Assembly: GCA_013265495.1 (NCBI GenBank)
Contig: MU058198.1
Span: forward strand, 632,419 to 696,418
Reading direction: 5' to 3'
From: Vicugna vicugna
Taxonomy: Eukaryota
Length of the DNA stretch: 64,000 nucleotides
The notes beneath the pieces were generated by a model. That model made no database searches, was not told where the DNA came from, and saw nothing but the letters and a program-made list of their open reading frames with translations. Below, one piece after another: positions 13,750-26,500 of the stretch (position 1 is its first letter; every line of letters begins with the position of its first letter). Both the position numbers and the translations under genes were made by a program.

Positions 13750-13935
13750 GGGATGTGTAAACTAAGGCCTGTGTTGCCCACGACCTATGGTTGTGAATAA
13801 AGTTTTATTGGAACCCAGCCACACCCATTTGTTTACATATTGTCTATGGCGCCATTCCACCTACAATAGCAAAGTTGAGTAGTTGTGTTGACTGTGTGGC
13901 CGGCCGTTTGGAGAAAAAGTTTGCCCATTCCTTGA
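13750..13935 (-). mobile_element. MER58A-like hAT-Charlie element
   Basis: gtgaataaagttttattggaacccagccacacccatttgtttacatattgtctatggc. Confidence 0.75.
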
Positions 13936-14255
13936 ATGTTCAAAGCTGACTTACAGGGAGAGCTTTGAAGGGCAGGCGGTGCTCTAAGCACTTTAGGTGA
14001 ACCATGAGTGAGATACTGCTTTGCTCTCCATTTCACAGAAGAGGAGATTAAAGCTGAGAAGTTATTTCCCCGAGACTGCAGGTAGGATGGGCAAGCTCAG
14101 ATTGAGGCAAAGCCCAGCCTAACCCAGTCATTGCCTGTTCCTTGTGCAATCCAAGTTTCCCTTATTGGAATTGTGATTGCCAGCTGTGAGAAAGGGTTGC
14201 CTTTTAAAAAATGTCCACATTTTATTAAAGACGTGTTTTTCGTTTTGCTTTGCAG

Positions 14256-14318
14256 CTTCAGTCAATAATTAAGAAAGTGATTGCACACTTCCATGATTTC
14301 TCAGTTCTCTTCTCAGTG
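14256..14318 (+). CDS. VPS35L: VPS35L exon (LQSIIKKVIAHFHDFSVLFSV)
   Basis: tttgcag|CTT...GTG|gtaagt; 63 nt. Confidence 0.95.
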
Positions 14319-14362
14319 GTAAGTAACGTTCCTTAATTATCTTTGGAAATTTGTATCTGAGT

Positions 14363-14830
14363 CAGAGGTTTCTTTAGTGTCTCCATAATTTTTTCATGGT
14401 ATCCTAGGCCAAAAGAAATATTTAATGGTTCCTTTTTTTATTAAAAAAAAAACATAGTCAGGTCTAAACAACTTCAATGTCTATATCATAACAACTTACA
14501 CAGCGTTTGAGAAAATAATATGCATAGAATGAAAGGAAAATATTGTCTCTGTTTCATTCATTACTTACTATGGGATGTGTGTGCCTGCTAGGTATTATAC
14601 AGCTTCTCAAACCTTGGAATCAAACTGGACATCCTCTAACTCATTGACTTTCAAATGGCACCTGCTTTTTATCACACAATCTAATATTGAAACTATGAAA
14701 CACATGGAGCTAATAGTTGTCTCAGTGTCTGACAGAGTCGAGATTTATTATATTTCCCTCAAAAATTTAAAATGCCCTGTGCCCTTCTTTTTTGCTGCAG
14801 GGCCCTGGGCGGGTACAGATCGAGGTGACT
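14363..14830 (-). mobile_element. MER20B-like hAT-Charlie element
   Basis: cctaggccaaaagaaata...cttctcaaaccttggaatca; homologous to the 21885 copy. Confidence 0.65.
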
Positions 14831-15504
14831 GTCCCTGTAGTAACACTCTGTGCCCCTTCCTTCAGCTTCCCTGGCACCCCTCCCTCTTCCTGTTTCCATT
14901 TATCTACACTCCCAGGACTGTGAGTCTTTGTTTACTTCATAACAGAAGCTGTAATTTGCTGGACTTTTGCCACACTCCAGGCACTGTGCTAGAGTTTACG
15001 TGCACTGCCTCATATCATTTTCAGAACACCACCGGGAAGGGAGAGTAGTAATGATGCCCACTTTACAGGTGAGAAAACTGGAACGGGTGGAGCAACTCAC
15101 TTAAGGTCACACGGTCACTCAGCATGGAGTCAGGATGCAGAAGTCTCTCTCTGTACGACTCTGACTCTTCTGTCTCTGTCCCTCTGTACAGTCGTAAAAA
15201 GACTAAAGCCTCACCTGCCCTCTGCTACCAGGAAGAGCTTATGGTCATCTAAAGATGATTCTCCAGAATGTTAACTGGTCCCAGCCCTGATCCCCGGGCA
15301 CACGTAAATTGTTTTAATAGTAATAGTTTTTTTTAAAAAAACCTCAGAATCCTCTCCTTGCTTTCACGTGAGTCCTGATCGGACCTACCTAAAAAAGATG
15401 AACAACACTTTCTCTCTTTTGACCTTCCAAGAAAAAGTGACCTACGGATTCCTTCCAATAATGTGTGTAAACTGCATATAGAGTGCCTTTTTTTTTCTTT
15501 TTAG

Positions 15505-15590
15505 GAAAAATTTCTGCCATTTCTGGACATGTTCCAAAAAGAGAGTGTGCGAGTGGAGGTTTGCAAATGCATCATGGAAGTTTTTATCAA
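15505..15590 (+). CDS. VPS35L: VPS35L exon (EKFLPFLDMFQKESVRVEVCKCIMEVFI/K)
   Basis: long pyrimidine tract then ttag|GAA...ATC AA|gtaagt; 86 nt. Confidence 0.96.
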
Positions 15591-16042
15591 GTAAGTGCAA
15601 CAGAAAGTAATCAGAGGCTTCGATTCCTGCTGCCCCCGGGAAACCAGTTGATAAGAAATCGATATGTGCACTTTGATGCTTAGTGATGTGTCCGTACTTA
15701 TACGTAAAATAACGTTGGGAGGAAAACCACATTAAAAGGAGCAGTCTGATGAAAGTTTATAATCAGTGCTAAAGGAGACAAAGTAACAGGTATTAACAGA
15801 AGCCTGGCCATCACCCACATTTCACTCCAGTGTGTTTTGGGAAGGAGCAATTTATTGATGTACTATTTAGAGAGTAACATTTTAAAAGATAAAGTCATAC
15901 TTGTCAAGATAGCAGAGCTAGAAAGTTTTCCATCTGTATATAGCTTTGTGATCAGCCTTCAGTTCAGTTCATTTTCTTTTCTTTTTTTTTTTTTAACTAG
16001 ATATTAGAAATTTACCCCCAAACTACAATTCTCAGATAGTGG

Positions 16043-16168
16043 TTTTTTTGAGGGAGATGTAATTTGGTTTACTCTTTAATTTATTTTTAGAGGAGGTTTT
16101 GGGGATTGAACCCAGAACCTCATGCATGCTAAGCATGTGCTCCAGCGCTTGACCTGTATCCTCACTCC
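16043..16168 (-). mobile_element. camelid vic-1-type SINE, more diverged copy
   Basis: Reverse complement reads ...gcacatgcttagcatgcatgaggttctgggttcaatcccc...aaaccaaattacatctccctc-A7, aligning with the 23640 copy. Confidence 0.8.
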
Positions 16169-16943
16169 CCACCTTTCTTTGTATTGGTTAAATCTGCCTC
16201 CTAATGGTGGTACATGAAATACTTTTAGGTCGTATATGGAGGAGAGATTTTAATTTTTATTTTAGAAGTTGTATATTTATTTTAAAATATATTAGATAGT
16301 ATATAACTCGTTTAATCAGTGACTCCAAATACATTATTCTTTAGGACAAGGTTAAGTTGAAAGTTAAAGTCACTTTAAATATTAAGTATGTAGATATGGT
16401 AAAAAAAAATATGTTAAGATGGAACTCAAATAACCAAAGTTTGGAAATGAAGTTAGATGTTGCTTGAATATATGTTTTAAGCTTTCCTTGTATTGTCTTT
16501 CTAAAAGATTAAATCTAGATGCTTGGAATGAATATACCTACCTACTTTACATAAGGATTTGTTACAAGAATTTGTCCTTTCATATTATTTGAAAAACCAA
16601 ATTAATAATTTTTGCCTAGCACTTAACACAGTTGTAGATAGGTTGTGGACAGCTTCAAGGGTTAAGAAAACAAGATTCGCCCTTTGCCTGGCTTAGGAAA
16701 TGTAGCAGTTTTACCATGGTTTCGCAGTTAGGTGAAATTATGGGTTGGAAGAGCAACCCTGTTATTTAAAGAAGAATTAAAAGCAAGCCAGAATGTTGCC
16801 CATTGCTGGTGAGCTGGGCCGTGTTAAATGCCAACCAGATAATTTGCTGCTTCTCGAATATGTACGGTAGGTGAGCACTAAATCCATGCTTTCACTGCTC
16901 TCAGCGTACAAGGCTTTCACCGTTATGCCTAAATGTCTCCTAG

Positions 16944-17024
16944 GCATCAGCAGGAGCCCACCAAGGACCCTGTCATTCTGAACGCCCTTCTGCACGTTTG
17001 TAAGACCATGCATGACTCTGTGAA
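16944..17024 (+). CDS. VPS35L: VPS35L exon ([27 protein letters not shown])
   Basis: ctcctag|G CAT...GTG AA|gtaagt; 81 nt, phase 2/2. Confidence 0.96.
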
Positions 17025-17249
17025 GTAAGTCACGCTCAAGGCTGAAATGATCCTGGATTGGGTCTTAAGGCCACGTAATAGTGCATTAGGGAATTACTGC
17101 TTTAAGCTACCCCTGTGAATAATATTATTTTATGGGGTCCACTAAGATTCTTGCTAACGAGTACATTCCAGTCCAGGAGAGGAGGGAGGCTGAGCTGAGG
17201 GTAACCTTCCTGAGAAAATGAGATGACAGATGTTTTTACAAACGGATTT

Positions 17250-17452
17250 TTTTTTCTGTTCAATGAATATTTATTTATTTTCAAAATTGAAGTATATTTG
17301 ATTTACAACGTTGTGTTAGTTTCTGTGTTAGTGCAGCATAGTGATTCAGTTATGCACACACACATATATATTCCTTGTCTTACTCTTTTTCGTTATAGGT
17401 TATTACAAGATATTGGATATAGTTCCCTGTGCGGGGCAGTAGGACCTTGTTT
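17250..17452 (-). mobile_element. short 5'-truncated L1 3' end (artiodactyl-type)
   Basis: T-rich tail then ttgaagtatatttgatttacaacgttgtgttagtttctg...tatagttccctgtgc...gtaggaccttg. Confidence 0.75.
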
Positions 17453-19187
17453 CACAGAGGAATTTTTGTTGGGATGAAAATGCTGGTTTCGTCCAAGTGA
17501 ACTCAAACTCCGTGACTCCTGGAGGTTTCTGAGAGCAACAGATACAATAATAATGAGTTCACTCACCCAGTAACATAGCCTTTAAATTTTTTCTCAATAT
17601 TAGCCAATTATTTGAAATTTAAATTGAATTGCTCGTATTTCTTACACGAAGGACCGAACAAGTTAAGTTCAGTATACTTGAGGCTCAGACCTAGCCACAG
17701 GCTTCGCCTTTGGGTCAAAGGTCAGATTATCTCCTTCGCTTTCTAGTTTCATTTATTCATCTTTTTATTATTAGTATTATGACATGTTTCCATCTGACTG
17801 TGCTCGAGGCAGTTCCTGCTTATTTTGTGGCTGAACTTTTGGTCCCCAAGGAATTTTTAACACAGCAGCTTGATTCACTGGAAAATGTTACAAGAATTGA
17901 GAAAATTCTTTTGGAACTGAACCATCAACAAGATGAATTGTATTTCTTTTGTTTTTTTTTTTTCCCCTTGAATGTTAGAATCTTTATTTTCATGACTTCA
18001 TGCTTTCAACTTCATGAGTTGTTATTAAAATCAAAATATCAGGACTTTTTATAATAAATGGAACCGATAGACTTTAATTGGACAAAAATGGAAATGAGGG
18101 CACTAAAAAACATTTAGAAAGGTACTTGGATAAGTAGGACATTGGTTTTTGGCCAAAGTGGAACAAAGGGTTTAAAATTTCTCTTGCAAACAATGTGAAG
18201 ACAGAAGGTGGGGTAGGATAGCTCTGCTTTAAAACATCATCCAGGGACCCAGGTTTCTTCTGTCTTATTTCTCTGCTGTCCCTCTGGGGCGTTGTCCTTG
18301 TCCTCCTGGTGGAGATGGTTTACCTCGACGTGTCCATGTTGCAGCCTGCAGGCACTGAAGGACACCAGCTTCCTTTTAGGGACACGACTTGGAAGGCTCA
18401 TACGTCGCTTGCGTTAACATCCCATTGGCCAGAGCTGTCACATGGCCACTTGTAGCTTACAAAGGAGGTTGAGAAATACAGTCTCCAAGAATGAAAGGGG
18501 TACTGTATATTGGAGGACAGTGTGCAGGTTTTGCCAGTACATTCTTATTTTCCCTTAGAACAAACCAACAAATAAGAACCTTTGGCTTTGGCTCTTAAAA
18601 TTTTAAAAAAACGAGTTTGGAGAACTATTTATAAACCTTCAAAACTATAAGGACTTGACATTTTCTTACTTATATTTGTACTACATTTACTATTAAATAG
18701 AAACGACTGAAATCTATGATCTACTTTAAGGTGTACTTCCAAAATAGATTGATGGATGGAGAGAGGAGTGGATAGTTATTTGATAAAACAGATGTTGTAA
18801 AATGATAGTAGTAGGGTGTATGGTTGTTCACTATATAATTCTTTCAACTTTGCTACATGTGTAAAAATTTTATAGTAAAATATTGAATGAAATTTCTCTG
18901 AAATACAAAATTTGAAGTTGGACCCTGCTGTGCAGATTCCAAAGAGCATGTTACCTTCTCTTTTTGCTGCTAATAAATATATCTTGAGAACAGTATCTTT
19001 GAGTGAGATGAGAATCACATTTAAATTATGTTAATTTAGATTACATATTCTCATCAAAAGAAACACATGTGGGAGTTTTTTCAATCTAGAAAATGCAGAA
19101 TGTTAAATTGCTTACTTCTATATTTTTTTCCTTTGGAAACTTTCATTTATTACCTCATTGTTAATTATGTACAATTATTGATTTTAG

Positions 19188-19251
19188 TGCACTCACTCTT
19201 GAGGATGAGAAAAGAATGCTGGCATATTTGATTAATGGATTTATAAAAATG
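19188..19251 (+). CDS. VPS35L: VPS35L exon ([21 protein letters not shown])
   Basis: attttag|T GCA...ATG|gtacgt; 64 nt. Confidence 0.95.
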
Positions 19252-19399
19252 GTACGTATTGGGGAAGAAGTTTCAGTGCACTTGGAAGTGTGATGTAATT
19301 GTTTATCCTTACTCTGGTGAAAGCAGTTAACATTATGTTCCCTGGTGCTTTTCATTTTTATTGAGATAAGATGAAATTAGAAAACATCCCACATTAGCC

Positions 19400-20420
19400 A
19401 GCACTCCCCTGGGGACAAGGACAGCCAAGACAAACTGGCTTAAGGGAAAAATGAAAACAAGAGATTGAGAGGGGGACTTACTGGCTGATGTGACATCAGG
19501 GCCAAGGGATGGCCCTCTCCGAAGGAGCAGCTGGAACCCGGGGTCTCCGTGGTGTCATCAGGACCTGCCGTGTGTGTCTCTTTGGCTCGTGGCGCTTCTC
19601 TCTTGGCATCGTTCCCAGGCACGCTTGCTCCCCACGAGAGCTCCGGGTTTCCATTCCTTCCAGCTCTGCAGTCCAACAGGAAAGGCTCCAGCAGAAGTCC
19701 TGGGGCTGAGTCTCTTTGGATTAATTTGGGTCACCAGCTCCTCCCCTGAGCATATTGCTGCTGTGAGAAAGAAGGAACACACTGGCCAGCCAGGCCAGGG
19801 AGACAGGCACACCTGGGCCACCGAGTCCCGTGACAGGAGGGGAAAAAGGGGCTTCCTGAAGCACCTGATGTGCTGCTCATCAGATGCTGGTGAAAACGAT
19901 CAGGGGCGGAAGCAAAATGCCACTCCCCATTCGTCTCAGTTTCCCAGTGCTGCCTAACAACTCACCCCAAAACTTAGTGGCTTAAAATAACAGTGTTTTA
20001 TTCATTCTTAAGATTCTGTGGATTGGCTGGATAACCAGGCTGCTCCTGATGTCAGGTGGGGCAGGACAGGGGCTGGAGGACAGCTTTGAGCATGCGTCTG
20101 GGGTCCTGGTGCTGGCAGTTGGCTGGAATGGCCCCCTTCTTGGCCATATGACCTCTTTCTCTCTGCTGTCCACTTGTCGCCATGAGCTCTCGCGGGTATG
20201 TTGTCAGGGAAGAATCAGAAGCTGCAGGGCCTTTTGAGGCTCAGAAGTCACACGGTGACCTTTGCTGCTTCCTGCTGCATTCTGTTGGTTAAAGCAAGTC
20301 CTGGGACCAGCCCCTTGGTGGGGAAGAAAGGTAGATTTCACCCCCCGACGGGAGGAGTCCATGAGGACATTGCGAAGGGACAAGCAGAGGTGTTGTGCAG
20401 CCTTCTTTGGGAATGACCAT
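19400..20420. mobile_element. old MLT1-family LTR fragments
   Basis: gctgcctaacaactcaccccaaaacttagtggcttaaaataac and ctgcattctgttggttaaagcaagtc motifs. Confidence 0.55.
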
Positions 20421-21475
20421 TCCCTCCCAGGCAGAACACCCTTTCCTTAATTCTCAGTGCCCAGAGCTGAGCTACCTCTGCTGCCAGTATCCACTTTGGA
20501 ATAGAAATGTCAAACAAAAACTGCCTGAGATTAAAATAACTAGATCATTTTGAAAATCACCTTGAAAATGTGACTCATTCAACAACAGGGGTCGATGTAA
20601 CTACCCAGTTGGCCTCTATGGGTAAAATACTGATTTTGATGAAAATTCAGGATTAGCCTTTTAACTGCCACGTTAGGAAGTGTACTTACGACGGTTACCA
20701 GGGACCCCTCCTGTTCCCTTGATTTATATGCTGATCATGTGGTGTTTATCCTTTTACGGGTTTGTCTGCAAGCCACCAAGTTATAATGGAAATGAGATAT
20801 GAAACCTGATAGCTGTAATGGAAATAGCAATGTTAAACCTCCTCTGGACAGAAATGATTGCTGTAGCAGTTAAGTTTGTCCCACTAACCAGCTGCTCATA
20901 AATTTGAACAAATGAGAGAAGTGGGGATTTTCAGTAGTGGTGAAACCTCCATCGCTGGCTCCAGCAGCCACCAGGGAGCTGCTGAGGTTGGAGTCCCCAT
21001 CAGGAAGCAGAAAGATTGGCCCTTATTAGGGAACCCCTCTGACAAATGGCTCCCAAATTAACCAAATTTATGTTCTGTGAAAAGGCCACAGCTGAGAAAC
21101 AAAATTCCATTATTTCCCTTCCGGTGGTTCCCTCCTAGCCTGGGAAATCCTGTTAACATTTTGAGATTCTGTTTTATACCGTTTGGTCTTTTTCTGTTCT
21201 ACTCCAATACCCAGGTCATGAAGAGGAGCTGGTAACGGTACCATTTCCGCCCTATTCTGGGTGAAGTAACGTAAAGTCTACTTAGAGTATATTCCATTGC
21301 ACGGATGTGTGTTGTTTGCTTACATACCCTCTACCCATTCATATCCGTGGAATTTTTGGTGACTTGCCATCACAGCACCTTCCCTGCCCCCACAATGCTC
21401 AGGAAAAACCTTTCCAACGGTGTGCTCACAGTTGCCTAGAGATAACATTGTTGGCATCTCTCTTCTTGGTTCTAG

Positions 21476-21574
21476 GTGTCCTTTGGCCGTGATTTTGAAC
21501 AACAGCTGAGTTTTTATGTTGAGGCCAGGTCGATGTTTTGCAATCTGGAACCTGTTCTTGTGCAGTTGATTCAC
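21476..21574 (+). CDS. VPS35L: VPS35L exon ([33 protein letters not shown])
   Basis: ttctag|GTG...CAC|gtaagg; 99 nt. Confidence 0.96.
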
Positions 21575-21884
21575 GTAAGGATTTTCATTCATTCATTTGT
21601 TCTCTCAGTACATATTTATGGATCATTGATATGCTGTACACCAGTTTGAATCTGGGATTCTCCTGGCTCCATACTGCTTCTGTTCCCAAGATATGAAAGG
21701 TGTTTTCCCAAAGGTTAATAAAATCTTCAACTTTGCTTAAGCTTTTGAGCGGTTTTGTTGACCCCTTTTCCTCTGAAATTTGCATATTCTCATTCCTGCA
21801 TGCCAACAGCAAAGAGTTGTGAGTTGCTCTACGTATTCAGTTATAGAAATACTAACCTAGTAAGAGCTCCTTGTCATTTGACCA

Positions 21885-22437
21885 GATCCTCAGCTTTCTT
21901 GGATCATAGTGCCTTTCAGTAACTTTTTCTGGTGCCCTTAGGCCAAAAGGAAGAAATAACAGTTCTGTTTATTAAGAAGTTAGGCTCAAACAACTTAAGA
22001 ATTTATGCCCGAACAACTTGACAGCCCCCTAAAACACCATACCTAAATCGAGAGAAAAATAATGTATTTTCATTTCATTCTTAAATAACCGTAATTACTT
22101 GCTATTGAAGTACACATACCTATTGGGCATTGCACAACTTCTCAAACCTTGGACTCAGATTGGACACCACTACCTTATTTCCTGTTCTAGATAGATTTTT
22201 TTTCTCCCACATAGATTTTTGCACAGTACTTTTTTTTTTTATCATAACAGCTGCTAAAAACCCAATTTTGCAAAGATATGACATCACTGCAAGGAATGTA
22301 CTGTGGCCTATGAGCTCTCACATGAGTGCTTTGCCTAGTGTTCAATCACTGAGCCTTGCTGTGGTTGTCTGAAAAATGTGCCCTGGGATTTTTGCCATAA
22401 CACCCTGGGGTGCGATAGTACACAGTTTGGGAATCCA
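21885..22437 (-). mobile_element. MER20B-like hAT-Charlie element
   Basis: cttaggccaaaagg...caacttctcaaaccttggactcagattggacacc...cacagtttgggaatcc. Confidence 0.65.
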
Positions 22438-23117
22438 GACTTTTTATATTTGTGGAAAGACTCCTGAAGGCTCTTGAATTGCTTCATTGTAAGTTCAAGG
22501 AAACAGCCTTTTTATACATATCTCTTTGCAAGTTACCAGGTTTTATAGCATTACAAAACTTAAGACCTAAAGGTAGAGACTTGTAAGTCAGGGGGGGGAA
22601 ACAGTACTCGCCCTGTAGGGTTGTGAGGCTTAAATGAGCTGGGAACGGAGAGCTCCGGAAACAGCACCTGGTTTGCTGTGGGTGATGCTGCGGCTTCTGT
22701 TACTGCTGCTCTTATGGTTATCGTGTGTGTTGGAGAGCTGTGTGGTATGGTCTGTGTTCAGATCTGGAGGTTTCTCTTCAGATCTCTAAGATCGGAAGCT
22801 TAGTGTGTGGAATTTCTGGAAAAGGAGTAAATGAACCCTAGCTATTCATTAAACCAGAGAGTGGTCATTTATCACGCCGGTTGATAGGCATGACTTAACT
22901 CAGTGAGCGCCCGTTGGAGATGTCTGCTCAAGCCGAGATTGCCTCTGTCCTGATGACCCCTTTGCCATTTCAGGGTTTGGTGCTAGCCAGTCTTGGTTCC
23001 AGTTAGCGGGTTCTCATTGACTTGTATGCAGTTGGTGTCCAAATCTCTATGAAAGATGTTGATCCAAATCAGCCATCATCTCATTCCCATTTCTGTTTTC
23101 CTGATTAACCAATCTAG

Positions 23118-23195
23118 AGTGTGAACCGGCTGGCAATGGAAACAAGAAAAGTAATGAAGGGAAATCATTCCAGAAAGACGGCTGCATTTGTCCGG
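23118..23195 (+). CDS. VPS35L: VPS35L exon ([26 protein letters not shown])
   Basis: aatctag|AGT...CGG|gtatgt; 78 nt. Confidence 0.95.
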
Positions 23196-23639
23196 GTATG
23201 TTCTACAGATAAGACTTCCAGACTTTGAACTCCAGTGGGCTGTTTCTTTTGCAAGTTCCTGAATTGCTGTTCCCAGAAAAGGATAAGTGTGTCATGATAA
23301 GGGTATTGATTTTCCAGGTTTTTCCTTGCCTATCTGTGGACCGATCAGTTTTCTTAATATTTTCAAAAGAAACGATCAAAGCAGCCTGAATTTTGATACA
23401 TGTTATGGGGAGGTGGTTGAGAGATGGAGTCACACTGCTGTGTGCCAGCTGAATGCTCTCTGGCATGTGCCTGTCACTGGAAGGCCTAGTACCTTTTATT
23501 TCCCTTGGTAGGTTCCCAACTTAGAAAAAAATTTGTTTCTTCAGTATGCTGCTCAAAATTTTATCAAAGCAATACATAGCCATGCTGTAAAAAAATAAAA
23601 TTGTACTAAAAAGACTACCATGAATAATAAGTATGCCTA

Positions 23640-23795
23640 GAAGGGTACAGCTCAAGTGGTAGAGCGCATGCTTAGCATGCAGAGGTCCTGGGTTCGATCC
23701 CCAGCACCTCCTCTAAAAAGAAATAAATAAACCTAATTACCTCCTTCCCCCAAAGAAAATTAAAATAAAAAAGAAAAGAGCATTATTAAAAAAAG
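23640..23795 (+). mobile_element. camelid vic-1-type SINE (tRNA-Ala-derived)
   Basis: tRNA-like head (cagctcaagtggtagagcgcatgcttagcatgc...ggttcgatcccc), body aaataaataaacctaattacctcc, A-rich tail. Confidence 0.85.
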
Positions 23796-23944
23796 AAAAA
23801 AAAGCCTCCCAGCCCTGCCCTTTCTCACCTTAAAGCCTTCTCCTCAGAGTCAACCAGAGTCAACCACCTCAGATGCTTTTTAGCAATTTCTTCTTCAAGT
23901 TACCTACATATTTTTTAACTAACTGGTTTACTTTCTAAAAATTT

Positions 23945-24170
23945 TTTTAAAAATTATTTATTTATTTTATTGAAGCATAGTCAGTTACAGTGTGTCAATT
24001 TCTGGTGTGCAGCACAGTGTCCCAGTCATGCGTATACATACGTATATTCATCTTCGTATTCTTTTTCATTAAAGGTTATTACAAGATATTGAATATAGTT
24101 TCCTGTGCTATATAGAAGAAATTTGTTTTTTTTCTATTTTTATATACAGTGGTTAGCATTTGCAAATCTC
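23945..24170 (-). mobile_element. short L1 3' end (lineage-specific)
   Basis: ttgaagcatagtcagttacagtgtgtcaatttctggtgtgcagcac...; clearly homologous to the copy at 41160. Confidence 0.75.
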
Positions 24171-24454
24171 TTTAAAGAGCTGCTTCTTGAACTTACCAAT
24201 ATTAGGTGTTATCTATTTACTTCCTGTGATGAAGGGCAAGGATTTCTTTTTCATACACCATTACTCTCGCAAGTTGTCCGTCCCCCTCCTTCCAAAGAGG
24301 CAGATACAGCAGAGGCAAGAGGGAGAAATTGGGGTTCCTACTGGGGAGAGTAATTGTTTTTACTTGAAAAACGTATGATGGATGAAAACAAGGGTATTAA
24401 TGCACCATGATGGCGTTGCCATGTAACCTGCTCTGTCTCTCCCCTTTGTTCTAG

Positions 24455-24569
24455 GCCTGTGTTGCCTACTGCTTCATTACCATTCCCTCCCTGGTGGGGA
24501 TCTTCACCCGCCTCAATCTCTACCTGCATTCTGGTCAGGTGGCCTTGGCCAACCAGTGCCTCTCCCAAG
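24455..24569 (+). CDS. VPS35L: VPS35L exon ([39 protein letters not shown])
   Basis: tttgttctag|GCC...CAA G|gtaagc; 115 nt. Confidence 0.96.
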
Positions 24570-26059
24570 GTAAGCCCCTCATGCTCTCCTCCCCTCTCCG
24601 GTACTCCCTGGCTCCTTAGGAGAGCTGACTCAGCAGCATGTGTACGTGTGTGAGTATATAGAGCGATTCCTTTAGGGAGGAGAGGGAAAAAAGAAGTGAG
24701 GAGTTTTAAATCTGTCTTTTTAGTAGGAAGCGCCTCGGACATGCACACATTTATAGAGTCAGATGGGTTACAGAGCGTGGGTATTTTCCTGGAGGGACCT
24801 TCCTAAATCTGTCTCAGGCCAGATCAGGCAGCTCAGACATCCTGGGCAGAGGGTGCCTAGAGAATTTTACAAGTTAGGATGGCTTATTCACAGCAGGTTC
24901 AGGTTTATTTGTTGTTGTCAATGTTTGTTTGTTTGAAACCCCAGAACACAGGGGTGGAATCTAATCAGTATAGAATGAATACTCTGTAGCTTGTCATTAA
25001 GGGGAAGAGTCTTCCCAAGATTGTTTCTATATGAAGTGCAGCGCTGTCCTGGAACCAGGATGGTGCGAGTGGCTTATTTGGGAAGTGATCCCAGTGAGTG
25101 TCAGTAAGGCCAAGGGGAGGTGAGGCGGGGCTGGGAAGGACGCTGGCAAAGGATGTGCTGGTGGGTGGGTTAGCACTGTGGGTGGCTGGGGTCCTTCCTG
25201 CTGGGGCCTTGGTGTTACCCACCTGAGGGGCAGGGAAGACGGGCTATTTTTCACCCTTCATTCCTGTCTGTCATTGACTGGTAGCTGCTTGTGGCTTGCT
25301 CCACCCTTGAGCCAGGAGAGAGCCCTCAGGCTGAGGGCTTGAGTCACTGGTGTTTGCTGCTGGACGCCCTTGTCACCTCCTGGAATGGTGTGGGCCATGG
25401 GCATGCAGGCAGAGTCCCGGCAGCAAGGATCTCCCCAGCAGACTGTGACTCAGAGAGTAAAGAAATCCCGGCACCGTTTAGGGAGTGTTTGTTGTGGGGT
25501 GAGCCCTTGGCACACGCTGTCTCACTTCGTCCTTACAGAGGCCACGTGAGGCCAGTCCTGTGGTTGGTGCCTCGGTCCCCAGGTGACAAAACTGAGATGG
25601 GAAGTGGCTAACAAGCTTGCTGGGGGTCACTGAGGCAGCACTCGGCCCCTGATCTGTCTGACTCAAGGCCATGCCCTTTCACCTCTTGGATGGACAGTAC
25701 GTGCCCTGCAAATGGGAAGCGTCAGTGAGCAAGTCGGGGATTTTTGTAGCATGTATGCTGTGGAATGATGTTTTCAGGGATTGTCTCCCTCACCCCCACT
25801 CTCATCTCCCACCTGGCATCACAGTTATGCCAGGGTTGGTGATTCACCACGAGCTGCTATTGATTTGGGTGGACACTCTGGTGGGTGGGAGAGTGGAGTG
25901 GGCCTTCCCCGTTCTTTTAGCCCTTGGCAGGGCAGTCCTGGTATCTTGATCTGTATCTTGATTCGACTGGGGCAGCTCTGGGCACCTAAGTCTTCAAACA
26001 CGATTGCTATCCAAGAACCTTTGCAAACTCTGCCTGGTTTTGCTCTCAACTCCTGGGCA

Positions 26060-26500
26060 CTCCACCAGCTTCCCAGAGCATTTGGAATTAAACCAAATGC
26101 CTTGTCTGAAGTCGCCACGTGATCTGGTGCCTGCCTGCCTTCTGTCTTCATCACACACCATGCTTTAGCCACATGGGCCTTTTTCTCTTCCTTGAACATA
26201 CTAAGCTGTCTTCCAATTCAGAGCCTTTGCACTTGCTGGTCCTTCTTTCTAGGATGATCTCCTCCCAGAGATGAGACTCGAGCCCCTCGTCTTCCGGGCC
26301 CTTTCCTGCTCACTGTAGCTAAAGTAGCCGCACCTCCCCAGCCACGCTCCGTACCGCCCTCCTCCTGGTCTTCACTGCACTTACCGTGGTCTAATGGTTT
26401 CTTACTCTGTGTGTTTGTTTACTTGCTTGTTGTCTGGACACCCCCTCTCCCCACAAGGGCTGCAAGTCCCACAAGAGCGGGTATGTCCTCATTATTTATC
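26060..26500. mobile_element. L2 LINE fragment
   Basis: ttccttgaacatactaagctg...cagagcctttgcacttgctggtccttc motif typical of L2 3' region. Confidence 0.6.

Noticed and set aside
23640..23712. tRNA-Ala(AGC) gene
   Set aside because: The acceptor stem pairs poorly, a SINE body and A-tail follow, and a second diverged copy exists at 16043; this is a SINE head.
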